In this document: piece after piece, positions 26,016-35,736 of the stretch | Position numbering within the stretch: the stretch's first letter is position 1 | Layout of the letters: the number at the start of each line of letters is the position of its first letter | From: an uncultured bacterium | Lineage (GTDB): Bacteria > Ratteibacteria > UBA8468 > B48-G9 > DSTR01 | Assembly (NCBI GenBank): GCA_964645405.1 | Contig: CAZYCA010000044.1 | Location: forward strand, 256,044 to 320,043 | DNA length: 64,000 bases | Reading direction: 5' to 3' | The notes under the pieces: model-generated | What the model was told of the DNA's origin: nothing | Databases searched by the model: none | What the model saw: the letters and a program-made list of their open reading frames with translations, nothing else | Position numbers and translations under genes: made by a program

Positions 26016-27041
26016 ATGAAGGACTTTTTATCCTTTTTTTCTAACGATTTAGGCATAGACTTAGGAACAGCCAATACGTGTGTTTACCTTCGCCGGAAAG
26101 GTGTGGTCCTCATGGAGCCTTCTATTGTGGCTCTTGATGTGCGTACCAAAGAGGTTGTTGCAGTTGGGCATGAGGCGAAGAAAATGATAGGGAAAACTCC
26201 AGCCAATATCGTAGCCATGAAACCAATGAAGGATGGAGTAATTGCTGATTTTGAAGCCTGTGAATCCATGTTACGGTACTTCATTAATAAAGTTAAAACG
26301 CAGAGGCATCGCTTCCTGTTGCCACCCCGCATGGTAATTGCTGTCCCTTCTGGTATTACCAGTGTGGAGCGGCGGGCGGTAAGGGAAACCGCTGTCAGGG
26401 CTGGGGCGCGGTCTGTTCGTCTGGTAGAAGAACCTATGGCTTCAGCGATAGGTGTAGGGCTACCGGTGGGGGAGCCGTGTGGTAGTTTCATCATTGACAT
26501 CGGAGGCGGCACCACAGAAATGGCAGTTATCTCCCTGGGTGGAATTGTCCTGACCAAGAGCCTGCGGGTAGCTGGTAACGAGATGGATGAAGCGATTATT
26601 GATTACCTGAAGAAAAAGTATAACCTGCTTATTGGAGAACGGACTGCGGAGGAAATAAAGATAGAGATTGGTTCCGCTTACCCGCTGGAAGAGGAGCTAA
26701 CTGTGGAAGTGAATGGTCGTGATCTGGTGGAAGGTTTACCCAAAATGGTCAGGATTAATTCAGAAGAAATTAGAGAAGCTTTGCATGATACTCTGACCAC
26801 CATTGTAAATGCCGTAAGGGATATTCTGGAAGAGACACCACCGGAGCTATCCAGCGATTTAATTGAGCGCGGGGTGGTTCTGGCAGGTGGAGGAGCACTG
26901 CTGCGTTCCATTGATAAATTGATTTCTCAGGAGACAAAGCTACCTGTGACTGTGGCTGAGGACCCGCTGACCTCTGTGGTGAGGGGTACCGGGAAAATGC
27001 TGGAGGAAGAGAAGTACTGGAGGCTTTTCCCCCAGGAGTAG
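26016..27041 (+). CDS. mreB: rod shape-determining protein MreB
   Basis: 341 aa. It shows actin-fold motifs DLGIDLGTANTCVY, IIDIGGGTTE and VLAGGGALL. Confidence 0.95.
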   Translation: MKDFLSFFSNDLGIDLGTANTCVYLRRKGVVLMEPSIVALDVRTKEVVAVGHEAKKMIGKTPANIVAMKPMKDGVIADFEACESMLRYFINKVKTQRHRFLLPPRMVIAVPSGITSVERRAVRETAVRAGARSVRLVEEPMASAIGVGLPVGEPCGSFIIDIGGGTTEMAVISLGGIVLTKSLRVAGNEMDEAIIDYLKKKYNLLIGERTAEEIKIEIGSAYPLEEELTVEVNGRDLVEGLPKMVRINSEEIREALHDTLTTIVNAVRDILEETPPELSSDLIERGVVLAGGGALLRSIDKLISQETKLPVTVAEDPLTSVVRGTGKMLEEEKYWRLFPQE

Positions 27042-27113
27042 AAAATAATTTTCAGAAGTCTTAAGCCTTTCGGGATATAAAGTTTTTGTTAATAAGCAGA
27101 AAAACTTTCTGAA

Positions 27114-27788
27114 ATGGTCTGGTGTTTCCGTCGGGAGATTGTGCTTATTGTCTGTACCGGTATTTCTCTGCTGTTTCTCAGGATGGGGTGGTGGAAACAA
27201 GCCCCTGGTGCAGAAAAAAAAGTTTTGTTAGAACCAAGGTTGAATTACGAAGAACTAATCAGAGAAAATCGGCGGTTGCGCCATTTACTCGGTTTGCAGG
27301 AAAAAAGATGGCCCTGCTTTTCTTTTGTGGTAGTCGCGGAAGTGATTAAGGTTCAACCTGCTGTTTGGCCCGGGCAGATTGTGGTGAATAAAGGGAAGAA
27401 AGAAGGTGTCCGTGAGAATATGGTAGTAGTTTCCAGTGAGGGAGTTCTTATAGGAAGGGTCATTGCTGTGGAGGAAAGTTCTGCTACGGTATTTACCATT
27501 TTTCATCCCTCTACCAAGCTCAGTGTAATGGTTCAGAGAACGCGAGAGATTGGTATACTGGAAGGAGCCAGTTTACCCTATCTTTTGGTGCGGTACCTGC
27601 CCAAAGACAGCAAGGCACAGTCAGGTGATAAAGTTATTACTTCTGGTCTCAGTGACTATTACCCCAAAGGTTTACCCGTAGGAACAATCTTTCGGATAGA
27701 CCCGGAAAAAAGCCAGTATTTTTATCTTGCCTGGGTTAAGCCTGAGGCTGGATTTGAACGTCTGGACGAGGTGCTCATTGGGCATTAG
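27114..27788 (+). CDS. mreC: rod shape-determining protein MreC
   Basis: 224 aa. It has an N-terminal TM, the coiled-coil stretch ENRRLRHLLGL, beta-barrel repeats (GVLIGRV, LPVGTI), and the expected position after mreB. Confidence 0.85.
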   Translation: MVWCFRREIVLIVCTGISLLFLRMGWWKQAPGAEKKVLLEPRLNYEELIRENRRLRHLLGLQEKRWPCFSFVVVAEVIKVQPAVWPGQIVVNKGKKEGVRENMVVVSSEGVLIGRVIAVEESSATVFTIFHPSTKLSVMVQRTREIGILEGASLPYLLVRYLPKDSKAQSGDKVITSGLSDYYPKGLPVGTIFRIDPEKSQYFYLAWVKPEAGFERLDEVLIGH

Positions 27789-28248
27789 AATATTTACAGA
27801 ACAATTTTTAGTGGTTCTGCTGGCTCAGATACTGCTGACTGGTGTGTTCAAGGTAAAGCTGGCAGGCCCGGTCTTTTTTTTTCTCTGGATACTGATGCTG
27901 GGGTGGCAGGGACTGGGTGTAGTTAGCATTCTGATAGGCTTTCTGACAGGACTGATTTACGATGTGCTGGTGAGCGGGACATTAGGATGGAGCAGTCTCC
28001 TGTTCTGTATCGTTGGCTATCTCAATAATTACTTTCCCGCAGACAAAGTAATGGAACGGGTTTTAGCAGCTGTGGTTTTTGGTGCTTTTTACACAGCAGC
28101 ACTCACTGTAGATGCCAGTTACGGACTGGTATGGCAAAAGGGAGAGGTTTTTAAGTTTTCTGTTTTTTTTGGTGGTGTGAGCGCTTTGCTGGCAGTCATT
28201 TATTCTCTTTTTCTCAGGTACCAGTTATGGAGCAGGAAAAAGTATTAG
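27727..28248 (+). CDS. mreD: rod shape-determining protein MreD
   Basis: A polytopic small membrane protein lying between mreC and mrdA. The start is uncertain; GTG 27811 would avoid the 62 nt overlap with mreC. Confidence 0.6.
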   Translation: MPGLSLRLDLNVWTRCSLGIRIFTEQFLVVLLAQILLTGVFKVKLAGPVFFFLWILMLGWQGLGVVSILIGFLTGLIYDVLVSGTLGWSSLLFCIVGYLNNYFPADKVMERVLAAVVFGAFYTAALTVDASYGLVWQKGEVFKFSVFFGGVSALLAVIYSLFLRYQLWSRKKY

Positions 28249-29960
28249 CCAGTATTGTCAGGATTTCTCTGCTGGTTCTTCTGGTGAGATGTTTTTATCT
28301 TCAGGTTATCCGTTTTCCCTACTATGCCAATCTTTCCCGGAAGCAGTGCATCCGGACGATTGAAATTGGTATTCCCCGGGGCAGGATTCTTGACAGAAAC
28401 GGTCGGGTACTGGCTGAAGATGAACCCTGTTTTGACCTGGTGTTTGTACCATATGATTTGAAGCATCCTGCCCAGGAAGCAGAGCTTTTATCTTCCCTGG
28501 TGCCGATAGAAAAAGAAAAGTTAATTGCTGCCTTTACCAGAAAGTACCGCAATCCGTTTGACAGGATTATCCTGAAAAAATCTCTCAGCCAGGTAGAAGT
28601 TGCCTCTGTGTCTGAGAATGCTTATCAGTTGCCAGGAATTTTTGTCCAGGCTGGGCTGAAGCGCCGCTATGTCCTGGGGAAGGTAACGGCTCATCTTTTG
28701 GGGCATCTGGGAGAGGTTTCTGAGGAACAGCTGGAGCGCTGGAAAGATAAAGGTTTGAAGGCCGGGGATGTTATCGGTCAGGACGGATTAGAAAAATACT
28801 ACGACGACCTTTTACGTGGTATTCCCGGTGGCATTCTGGTAGAGGTGGACGCTTTAGGTCATCACCGGCGTATCTTAGGAGAAAAAAAGATGCAGCCAGG
28901 GTGCGATCTGTACCTGACGGTGGACAGAACTTTTCAGGAAGTGGCGTTTGAGGCTCTGGGGGAGAATGAAGGTTGTGTGCTGGCAATGGATCCCAGAAAT
29001 GGTCAGATTCTGGCTCTGGTGAGCCAGCCAGCCTATGATCCGCACCAGCCAGAAAAGTTTTTTTCCCGGCCAGGAAAACCTTTTCTCAATCGTCCTCTTC
29101 AGGGACAGTATCCACCAGGTTCAGTCTTCAAAATTGTCACCGAGATTGCTGCTTTAGAGACCATGAGCATTGAAGAACACGACCGGGTGGAGTGTACTGG
29201 AGAGATGACTGTAGGTAATATTGTTTTCCACTGCTGGAAGGAGGACGGACACGGCTGGGTGGATATTGACCAGGCATTGCCTTTTTCCTGTAACATTTTT
29301 TTCGGTACTATCGGAATGAAAACCGGGGTCTCCCGCATTCTGGACTATGCCAGGCTTTTTCAACTGGGAGAAGCAACAGGTATTGATTTACCTGGAGAAA
29401 AGAAAGGTCTGGTTCCAGAACCGCAGCAGTCAGGCGGACCGTTGAATATTGCCATCGGTCAGGGCGCACTGCTTACCACGCCGCTACAGTTGCTTTCCCT
29501 GATTTCTACAGTGGCTAATGGTGGAAACATCTGGAGACCTTACCTTGTGAAACGGGTAATTTCTCCAGCCGGGAAGCCTGTTAAGGAGGCAACCTCCCAG
29601 TTAACAGGGACTGTGTACGTGACACCAGAAACCATGGAAATTTTACGCAAAGGTTTAAAGAATGTAGTAGCCTATGGTACCGGGACTGCTGCCAGTGTCC
29701 CGGGAATACCTGTGGCTGGAAAAACCGGGACTGCGCAGCGCGGAGCAAGTGAGATAGGTTTGAGTACTCATGGTGCATTTGCCTGTTATGCTCCAGCTGA
29801 TAATCCGAGTCTGGCTCTGGTGGTTTTTCTGGACAAAGCAGCTTCCAGGCAGGCAGCCAGGATTGCTGGAGAAATCCTCCGCAAAATACTCTTACCCGGG
29901 CAGGAAGAAAGTTCTCAAGAAACAACTTTAGGGACGGAGAAAAGAGATGAAAATCTCTGA
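28227..29960 (+). CDS. mrdA: penicillin-binding protein 2 (elongasome transpeptidase)
   Basis: 577 aa. It has an N-terminal TM and the motifs SVFK (SxxK), SCN (SxN) and KTGTA. Confidence 0.9.
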   Translation: MEQEKVLASIVRISLLVLLVRCFYLQVIRFPYYANLSRKQCIRTIEIGIPRGRILDRNGRVLAEDEPCFDLVFVPYDLKHPAQEAELLSSLVPIEKEKLIAAFTRKYRNPFDRIILKKSLSQVEVASVSENAYQLPGIFVQAGLKRRYVLGKVTAHLLGHLGEVSEEQLERWKDKGLKAGDVIGQDGLEKYYDDLLRGIPGGILVEVDALGHHRRILGEKKMQPGCDLYLTVDRTFQEVAFEALGENEGCVLAMDPRNGQILALVSQPAYDPHQPEKFFSRPGKPFLNRPLQGQYPPGSVFKIVTEIAALETMSIEEHDRVECTGEMTVGNIVFHCWKEDGHGWVDIDQALPFSCNIFFGTIGMKTGVSRILDYARLFQLGEATGIDLPGEKKGLVPEPQQSGGPLNIAIGQGALLTTPLQLLSLISTVANGGNIWRPYLVKRVISPAGKPVKEATSQLTGTVYVTPETMEILRKGLKNVVAYGTGTAASVPGIPVAGKTGTAQRGASEIGLSTHGAFACYAPADNPSLALVVFLDKAASRQAARIAGEILRKILLPGQEESSQETTLGTEKRDENL

Positions 29961-31041
29961 TAAGTCGCTTTGCAGACTTTTTATACTAACTTATGTCCTG
30001 GTATTTTTAGGGTTGATTCTTCTTTTCAGTGCGTCCAAGGGTACATTTCTCCGGGCTAAAGGTATTTTCAACACAGGAGGAATTTTCTTCTGGCAACAGT
30101 TAATCTGGGTTATTCTTGGCAGTTTGGGGCTGGTGGTGGGAAAGCGGTTTCCTTACTGGAACTTTAAGAGGCTGGTCTGGTTGTTATATCCACTCACAAT
30201 TTTCTTACTAATCCTTGTCCTGGTTATGGGACAGGGAAAAGCTTCTCGCTGGATTAGAGTGGGACCGCTTAACTTTCAGCCTGCAGAATTTGGCAAGGTG
30301 GTTTTGATTTTTTCTCTGGCCGCTTATCTGACCGAGAGAAATGTCAACCAGTTAGGAGTATTCATCTGGAGTCTGCTCATCACCGGGGTTCCAGCAGTCT
30401 TAATTTTTAAGCAACCCAACCTGGGGACAAGTTTTATCTTTTTACTGGCTTGTTTGGTGATAATGTATCAGGCAGGACTGACCAGACGCCGTTTGCTGAC
30501 AATAGTCCTGGTGGCATTATCAATCAGTCCCCTGTTATGGTTAACACTGGAATCCTATCAAAAAGAAAGGATACTAACATTTCTCTGGCCCCAGCGGGAC
30601 CCGCTTGGCAGGGGCTACAATCTCTTACAGTCAAAGATTACGATTGGTTCTGGCGGTTTAATTGGGAAAGGATATCTTCACGGCACACAAACCAAACTCG
30701 CTTTTCTTCCAGAATACCACAATGACTTCATTTTTTGTTTACTGGCAGAAGAATTTGGCTTAGTTGGAGTTATTATCTTTTTCGGTCTTTATTACCTTTT
30801 CCTGAACGAAATTCTAACTATCATCTCCTCTACCAGAGATGAATTTGCCCGGCTGGTGGCTGCCGGGATATTTGCTCTCTTCTTCTTCCATGCCACCATA
30901 AATATCAGTATGACTTTAGGTCTTTTCCCGGTGGCAGGTATCCCTTTACCTTTTATCAGTTATGGTGGCTCCTTCATGCTGGTGGCTCTTTTCTGCGTGG
31001 GAGTTCTGGCAAATATCAAACAAAATGCGGTTATGTTTTAG
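29947..31041 (+). CDS. rodA: peptidoglycan glycosyltransferase RodA (SEDS family)
   Basis: 364 aa polytopic protein. Motifs include FQPAEFGKV, NDFIF and the C-terminal PLPFISYGGS. Confidence 0.9.
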   Translation: MKISDKSLCRLFILTYVLVFLGLILLFSASKGTFLRAKGIFNTGGIFFWQQLIWVILGSLGLVVGKRFPYWNFKRLVWLLYPLTIFLLILVLVMGQGKASRWIRVGPLNFQPAEFGKVVLIFSLAAYLTERNVNQLGVFIWSLLITGVPAVLIFKQPNLGTSFIFLLACLVIMYQAGLTRRRLLTIVLVALSISPLLWLTLESYQKERILTFLWPQRDPLGRGYNLLQSKITIGSGGLIGKGYLHGTQTKLAFLPEYHNDFIFCLLAEEFGLVGVIIFFGLYYLFLNEILTIISSTRDEFARLVAAGIFALFFFHATINISMTLGLFPVAGIPLPFISYGGSFMLVALFCVGVLANIKQNAVMF

Positions 31042-31052
31042 AAAGAAGAAAA

Positions 31053-32657
31053 ATGAACAAAATCCTTACAAAAATCATACGGCAGGTCCAGAATCCTGCT
31101 CGTTACCTTGGCAAAGAAATAAACGCCTACCAGCCAGAATCTGATACCGGTAAAGTGACAGTAGCTTTAGGTTACCCTGATATTTATGAAGTGGGTATGT
31201 CTTCTCTGGGTGTGAGGATTTTGTACGGATTGCTCAATGAAAGCAAAGATGCTTGCTGTGAAAGGTTTTTTGCCCCTGCGGGTGATTTGGAAGAACTTTT
31301 AAGAAAAAACCAGTGGCCATTATTTACTCTGGAATCAGGAAAACCAGTGGCTGATTTTGAAATTGTTGCTTTCAGTCTTTCCTCGGAACTGAATTACACC
31401 AATTTAGTTAACCTTCTTGATTTGGCGAAAATACCAGTTTTAAGTGCAGACCGTGGAGAAGAAGACCCCCTGGTGGTGATTGGTGGTTCCTGTACAGTTA
31501 ATCCTTTTCCCCTGAGTGGGTTCGGGGATGTTTTTGTGATCGGGGAGGGAGAGGAAGTTATCACGGAAATAGTGCAGGTCTGTAAAAACCTCAAAGGTCG
31601 TCCACGTCTGGAAAAGATAGAAGCTTTAGCTAAAATTCCCGGGTTGTATGTGCCAGGGGCAACAACAGGTGAGGTAAGGAGAAGAATAATAACTGATTTT
31701 AATAACTGTTACTTTCCAGTGCGCTGGCTGGTACCACTAACAGAAATTGTCCACGATAGAATTACTCTGGAGATTATGCGTGGTTGTCCTCAGAGTTGCC
31801 GCTTTTGTGCTGCCAGAAGTTTGTGGCATCCGGTAAGGTGCCGCTGCCCGGAACGGGTCATGGAGATTGCCCGGCAGGCCTACCGCTGGTCAGGTTATGA
31901 AGAAATCTCTTTACTTTCACTTTCTTCTGGTGACCATCCCCGGATTGATACCATTGTAGAGGGCTTGATTAAAGAGTTTGCAGCAAAAAGGGTGGCTATT
32001 TCTTTTCCTTCTCTTCGGGCAGATACTTTTTCCTTTGAACTGGCCAGAAGCATCAAACAGATTAGAAAAACTGGTTTGACTTTTGCCCCAGAAACCAGCC
32101 AGCGTCTGCGTCAGGACATGGGTAAAAAAATCTCAGATGGGGAGATTATCAACCTGACGGAAAAAGCAAAGCAGGCAAACTGGAGACAGATAAAACTCTA
32201 TTTTATGATAGGGCTTCCCGGAGAAAAAGAAACTGATATTCAGGATATTGTTAAACTGGTGCAGGAACTTTCCAGAATTTTGACAGTGAACGTCGCCTTT
32301 AATACCTTTGTTCCTAAGTGTCACACTCCTCTGGAGAGAGAAGCTTTATGTTCTTACGAAGAGTTTCTTGCCAGAACAAACTACATTAAAAAACACCTGG
32401 AGACCAATCAACGGGTGAAATTATCTTTTCATCCTTACAGGATGAGTCAGGTAGAAACCTTTCTCGGTCGCGGGGACGAAAAACTCTCCCGGGTAATTTT
32501 GAACGCCTGGAGACAGGGCGCCCGGATGGAAAACTGGTCAGAGCATTTCTCTTTCTCCTTCTGGGAGAATGCTTTCTTGCAGCATGGCATCAACCTCGGG
32601 CAGTATTGTGGCCGGCTGGAGAACCAGGCTCTCATCTGGCATCAGATTAAGGTCTGA
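31053..32657 (+). CDS. radical SAM protein with N-terminal B12-binding-like domain (TIGR03960-like)
   Basis: 534 aa. It has the cluster motif MRGCPQSCRFCAA (CxxxCxxC), an N-terminal Rossmann-like region, and a position directly after rodA. Confidence 0.75.
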   Translation: MNKILTKIIRQVQNPARYLGKEINAYQPESDTGKVTVALGYPDIYEVGMSSLGVRILYGLLNESKDACCERFFAPAGDLEELLRKNQWPLFTLESGKPVADFEIVAFSLSSELNYTNLVNLLDLAKIPVLSADRGEEDPLVVIGGSCTVNPFPLSGFGDVFVIGEGEEVITEIVQVCKNLKGRPRLEKIEALAKIPGLYVPGATTGEVRRRIITDFNNCYFPVRWLVPLTEIVHDRITLEIMRGCPQSCRFCAARSLWHPVRCRCPERVMEIARQAYRWSGYEEISLLSLSSGDHPRIDTIVEGLIKEFAAKRVAISFPSLRADTFSFELARSIKQIRKTGLTFAPETSQRLRQDMGKKISDGEIINLTEKAKQANWRQIKLYFMIGLPGEKETDIQDIVKLVQELSRILTVNVAFNTFVPKCHTPLEREALCSYEEFLARTNYIKKHLETNQRVKLSFHPYRMSQVETFLGRGDEKLSRVILNAWRQGARMENWSEHFSFSFWENAFLQHGINLGQYCGRLENQALIWHQIKV

Positions 32658-32668
32658 AGGAGGAGAAA

Positions 32669-33445
32669 ATGGGCAGGCAGGAAGAACTTTTCTCTCTTTT
32701 TTCCCTTGAGGGAAAAGTAGCACTGGTCACCGGTGGTCGCCGGGGACTGGGTCTGGCTATAGCCACAGGTTTAGCCCGGGCAGGGGCCAGCCTTGCTGTA
32801 GTAGCCAGAGCAGCCGAATACCAGGAATTATCCATGAGGATAAGGCCCACAGGGGCACAGCTACTATACTTACAGGCGGATTTAGGTAAACGGTCAGAAA
32901 GAAGAAAAATCATTCCCCGGGTAGTGGATTACTATGGCCGGCTGGATATTCTGGTGAATTGTGCAGGTCTGCAACACAGGCAACCGGCTATGGAATTTCC
33001 TTTCCAGATGTGGGAGAGACTTCTTTCCGTAATGCTAAGTGCTGTTTTTGAACTGAGTCAGCAGGCAGCCAGGGTGATGCTGGTTGGTGGAGGTGGAAAA
33101 ATTATCAATATTGCTTCCGTACTCAGTTTTCAGGGAGGCTGGACAGTACCGGCTTACGCTGCTGCCAAGCATGGAGTGGTTGGTCTGACCAGGGCTCTGG
33201 CTAATGAATGGGCTGGGAAGGGTATTAATGTGAATGCTATTGCCCCTGGTTATTTTGATACGGAGATGTGTTCTGCTTTGAAGCAGGATACTGCCCGGGA
33301 AAGGGCTATCCGGGAAAGAATTCCAGCCGGCCGCTGGGGTAACCCTGAAGATTTAGTGGGAGCAACCATTTTTCTGGCCAGCAGAGCTTCTGACTATGTT
33401 CATGGCCATGTTCTTGTGGTGGACGGTGGCTGGCTGGCACGATAG
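32669..33445 (+). CDS. kduD: SDR oxidoreductase, 2-dehydro-3-deoxy-D-gluconate 5-dehydrogenase (KduD)-like
   Basis: 258 aa. Long stretches align by eye to E. coli KduD: GGKIINIASVLSFQGG, YAAAKHGVVGLTRALANEWA, INVNAIAPGY, RIPAGRWG, FLASRASDYV and VVDGGWLAR. A GGAGG SD is present. Confidence 0.75.
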   Translation: MGRQEELFSLFSLEGKVALVTGGRRGLGLAIATGLARAGASLAVVARAAEYQELSMRIRPTGAQLLYLQADLGKRSERRKIIPRVVDYYGRLDILVNCAGLQHRQPAMEFPFQMWERLLSVMLSAVFELSQQAARVMLVGGGGKIINIASVLSFQGGWTVPAYAAAKHGVVGLTRALANEWAGKGINVNAIAPGYFDTEMCSALKQDTARERAIRERIPAGRWGNPEDLVGATIFLASRASDYVHGHVLVVDGGWLAR

Positions 33446-33467
33446 GTCTTTCCAGTTATACCTGGTA

Positions 33468-33476
33468 TGGTAAACT
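33468..33476 (+). promoter_or_regulatory. extended -10 TGgTAAACT, 6 nt upstream of ATG 33483 (candidate internal leaderless promoter)
   Basis: The sequence tatggTAAACT taaaaa ATG was read directly. No SD is present. Confidence 0.4.
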
Positions 33477-33482
33477 TAAAAA

Positions 33483-34511
33483 ATGGCAGGAAATAAACTG
33501 ACAGCTATCATCCCGGCAGCGGGATTAGGAACCAGAATGAGACCGTTGACGTATAGTCGGCCGAAGGCTCTTCTGCCTCTGGCTGGCAGGCGGATGATTG
33601 ATTATGTTCTGGAGACAGTAATCAATGCTGGAGCCAGTAGAATTATCTTAATCGTAGGTCATCTGGCAGGGCAGGTGGCTGCGTATGTGAAAGAAAATTA
33701 TAACCAGGAGATTATCTGTGTAGAACAGAAAGAATTTCTTGGCCTGGGACATGCAGTTGTTCAGGCTGCCGGGCTGGTAAAAGGGGAGAGCCTGATTTTT
33801 CTTGGAGACACTTTAATAGAAGGGGACATTTCTAAATATGTTGCTTCCGGTTATAGCTGGCTGGCAGTAAAAGAAGTGGAAGACCCGCGGTCTTTTGGAG
33901 TGGTAATCACAGATGAAGAAGGCTGGATTCAAAAGATGGTGGAAAAACCGGAAAAAGTTGTTTCCCGGAAAGCAATTGTTGGTGTCTACCACCTGCAGAA
34001 CAGTCTTCTTCTCTTTCAGTGTCTTTCTTCTCTTATCCAGAACAATATCCGGACACGTGGCGAGTACCAGTTGACTGATGCGCTACAACTGATGATTAAG
34101 GCCGGGGAAAAGATTAAAGCAGTTGGTATCAGTGCCTGGTATGACTGCGGCAGGGTGGAGACACTCCTTCAGACCAATCAGGTTTTTCTGAACAAATACC
34201 GGGGTAATTGCTGGCAAATTCCTGACGTGGTGATTAACCCGCCTGTTTATCTGGCTGCCGGGGTAAAGGTTGAACGTAGCAGCATTGGTCCTTATGTCTG
34301 TCTGGGTCAGGGTGTCGTGGTTAAAAATTCTCAACTGAAAAACGTCATTGTGGATGAAAATTCTTTGTTAGAGAACGTTTCCCTTGTTGATTCTGTAATC
34401 GGTCAGAGGGCTCGGGTCTTGCATTATTCTGGCAGACTGAAACTGGGAGATGATGCGGAAGTTTCAGGAGACCAGGAGAAATTTCAAGTTTCCTCAATAA
34501 ATGCCCGGTGA
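33483..34511 (+). CDS. sugar-phosphate nucleotidyltransferase with C-terminal left-handed beta-helix
   Basis: 342 aa. It has the canonical motif AIIPAAGLGTRMRPLTYSRPKALLP, plus GHAV and hexapeptide-type repeats in the C-terminal third. Confidence 0.8.
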   Translation: MAGNKLTAIIPAAGLGTRMRPLTYSRPKALLPLAGRRMIDYVLETVINAGASRIILIVGHLAGQVAAYVKENYNQEIICVEQKEFLGLGHAVVQAAGLVKGESLIFLGDTLIEGDISKYVASGYSWLAVKEVEDPRSFGVVITDEEGWIQKMVEKPEKVVSRKAIVGVYHLQNSLLLFQCLSSLIQNNIRTRGEYQLTDALQLMIKAGEKIKAVGISAWYDCGRVETLLQTNQVFLNKYRGNCWQIPDVVINPPVYLAAGVKVERSSIGPYVCLGQGVVVKNSQLKNVIVDENSLLENVSLVDSVIGQRARVLHYSGRLKLGDDAEVSGDQEKFQVSSINAR

Positions 34512-35695
34512 ACAGCCTTCAGACTTTTCGCTGCCATATCTTTACGCACGACACAGGATATTTTTATCTCTGAGGTGCTTATCATTTCTATGTTAACTCC
34601 CAGTTCTGCCAGTGTCCGGAACATTTTACCTGCCACTCCGGGGTGGTTCATCATACCAATGCCAATAATGGAGATTTTAGCGATCTCAGAGTCCCCATCA
34701 ACACTTTTTGCTCCTATTTCTTTTGCTACTTTCTTGGTAATGGTAAGGGCTTTCTCCAAATCAGCAAGGTTAACCGTAAAAGAAATGTCTGCACGGTTGT
34801 CCTGGCCGGTATTCTGGACAATCATATCCACGTTGATGTTTTCATTGCCCAGCGCCTGAAAAAGTTTTGCTGCCACCCCCGGCTGGTCCGGAACCTGAAG
34901 AACTGAAATTTTGGCCTGGTTTACATCCACGGAAACTGAAGAAACAACTGCGCCTTCCTGAACATTTATTTCCTTCACCATAGTTCCTTCTCCTTGGTCA
35001 AAAGTGGACTTTACCCGGAAGGGAACATGATACTTCTTGGCAAATTCCACAGCCCTGGACTGCATTACTTTCGCTCCTGCTGATGCCATCTCCAGCATTT
35101 CTTCGTAGGAAAGAGAACTTATCAGTCTGGCTGCAGGAACAAGATGGGGGTCAGCCGTGAAAACTCCAGGCACATCTGTATAAATTTCGCAGGCATCAGA
35201 TTTAAGAGCGGCTGCCAGAGCAATGGCTGTTAAGTCAGAGCCTCCCCGGCCTAAAGTAGTAATATTTTTTTCGTCACTCAGTCCCTGGAATCCAGCAACA
35301 ACAACAATTTTTCCTTTCTCCAATTCTTCCTTAATGCGTCCGGGCTCGATCTTCATAATCCGGGCCTTTGTATGGAAACTATCAGTTTTAATACCGGCAA
35401 AATGTCCCGGGAAACCTTCGGCTTGTTCTCCCAGTGCCTCTATAGCCATGCAAAGCAGTGCTACGGAAACCATCTCTCCTGTTGCCAGGAGTAAGTCCAT
35501 CTCCCGGCCAGGCGGCCGGGAATGAACTTGTTTCGCCAGAGCAATGAGATTGTCGGTCGTTTTTCCCATAGCAGAAACCACAACCACCAGGGAGTTTCCC
35601 TGCTGTTTGGCCCTGACAACCTTTTCTGCTACTGCCTTTATTTTCTCCGTGGTAGCCAGGGAACTGCCGCCGTATTTCTGGACTATCAGAGCCAT
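34484..35695 (-). CDS. lysC: aspartate kinase (monofunctional, two ACT domains)
   Basis: 403 aa. Motifs are VQKYGGSSLA, VVVVSAMGKTTDNL and GRGGSD, with tandem ACT domains at the C-terminus. Confidence 0.95.
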   Translation of the reverse strand: MALIVQKYGGSSLATTEKIKAVAEKVVRAKQQGNSLVVVVSAMGKTTDNLIALAKQVHSRPPGREMDLLLATGEMVSVALLCMAIEALGEQAEGFPGHFAGIKTDSFHTKARIMKIEPGRIKEELEKGKIVVVAGFQGLSDEKNITTLGRGGSDLTAIALAAALKSDACEIYTDVPGVFTADPHLVPAARLISSLSYEEMLEMASAGAKVMQSRAVEFAKKYHVPFRVKSTFDQGEGTMVKEINVQEGAVVSSVSVDVNQAKISVLQVPDQPGVAAKLFQALGNENINVDMIVQNTGQDNRADISFTVNLADLEKALTITKKVAKEIGAKSVDGDSEIAKISIIGIGMMNHPGVAGKMFRTLAELGVNIEMISTSEIKISCVVRKDMAAKSLKAVHRAFIEET

Positions 35696-35736
35696 AGTTG
35701 GGAAATATTTTATTTTATTTTCTCGTCTTTTTCAAG

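Noticed and set aside
26084-26557. 157-aa antisense ORF inside mreB
   Set aside because: It is a shadow ORF opposite a highly conserved gene, with no motifs. The same applies to other antisense ORFs over 100 aa, such as 46620..47033, 50728..51174, 17113..17671, 59695..60218 and 62546..63062.
27051-27113. Inverted repeat TTCAGAAGT / ACTTTCTGAA bracketing the mreB-mreC spacer as a translational control element
   Set aside because: It is a 9 bp AT-rich stem with a bulge across a ~44 nt loop, too weak to call without covariation or probing data.
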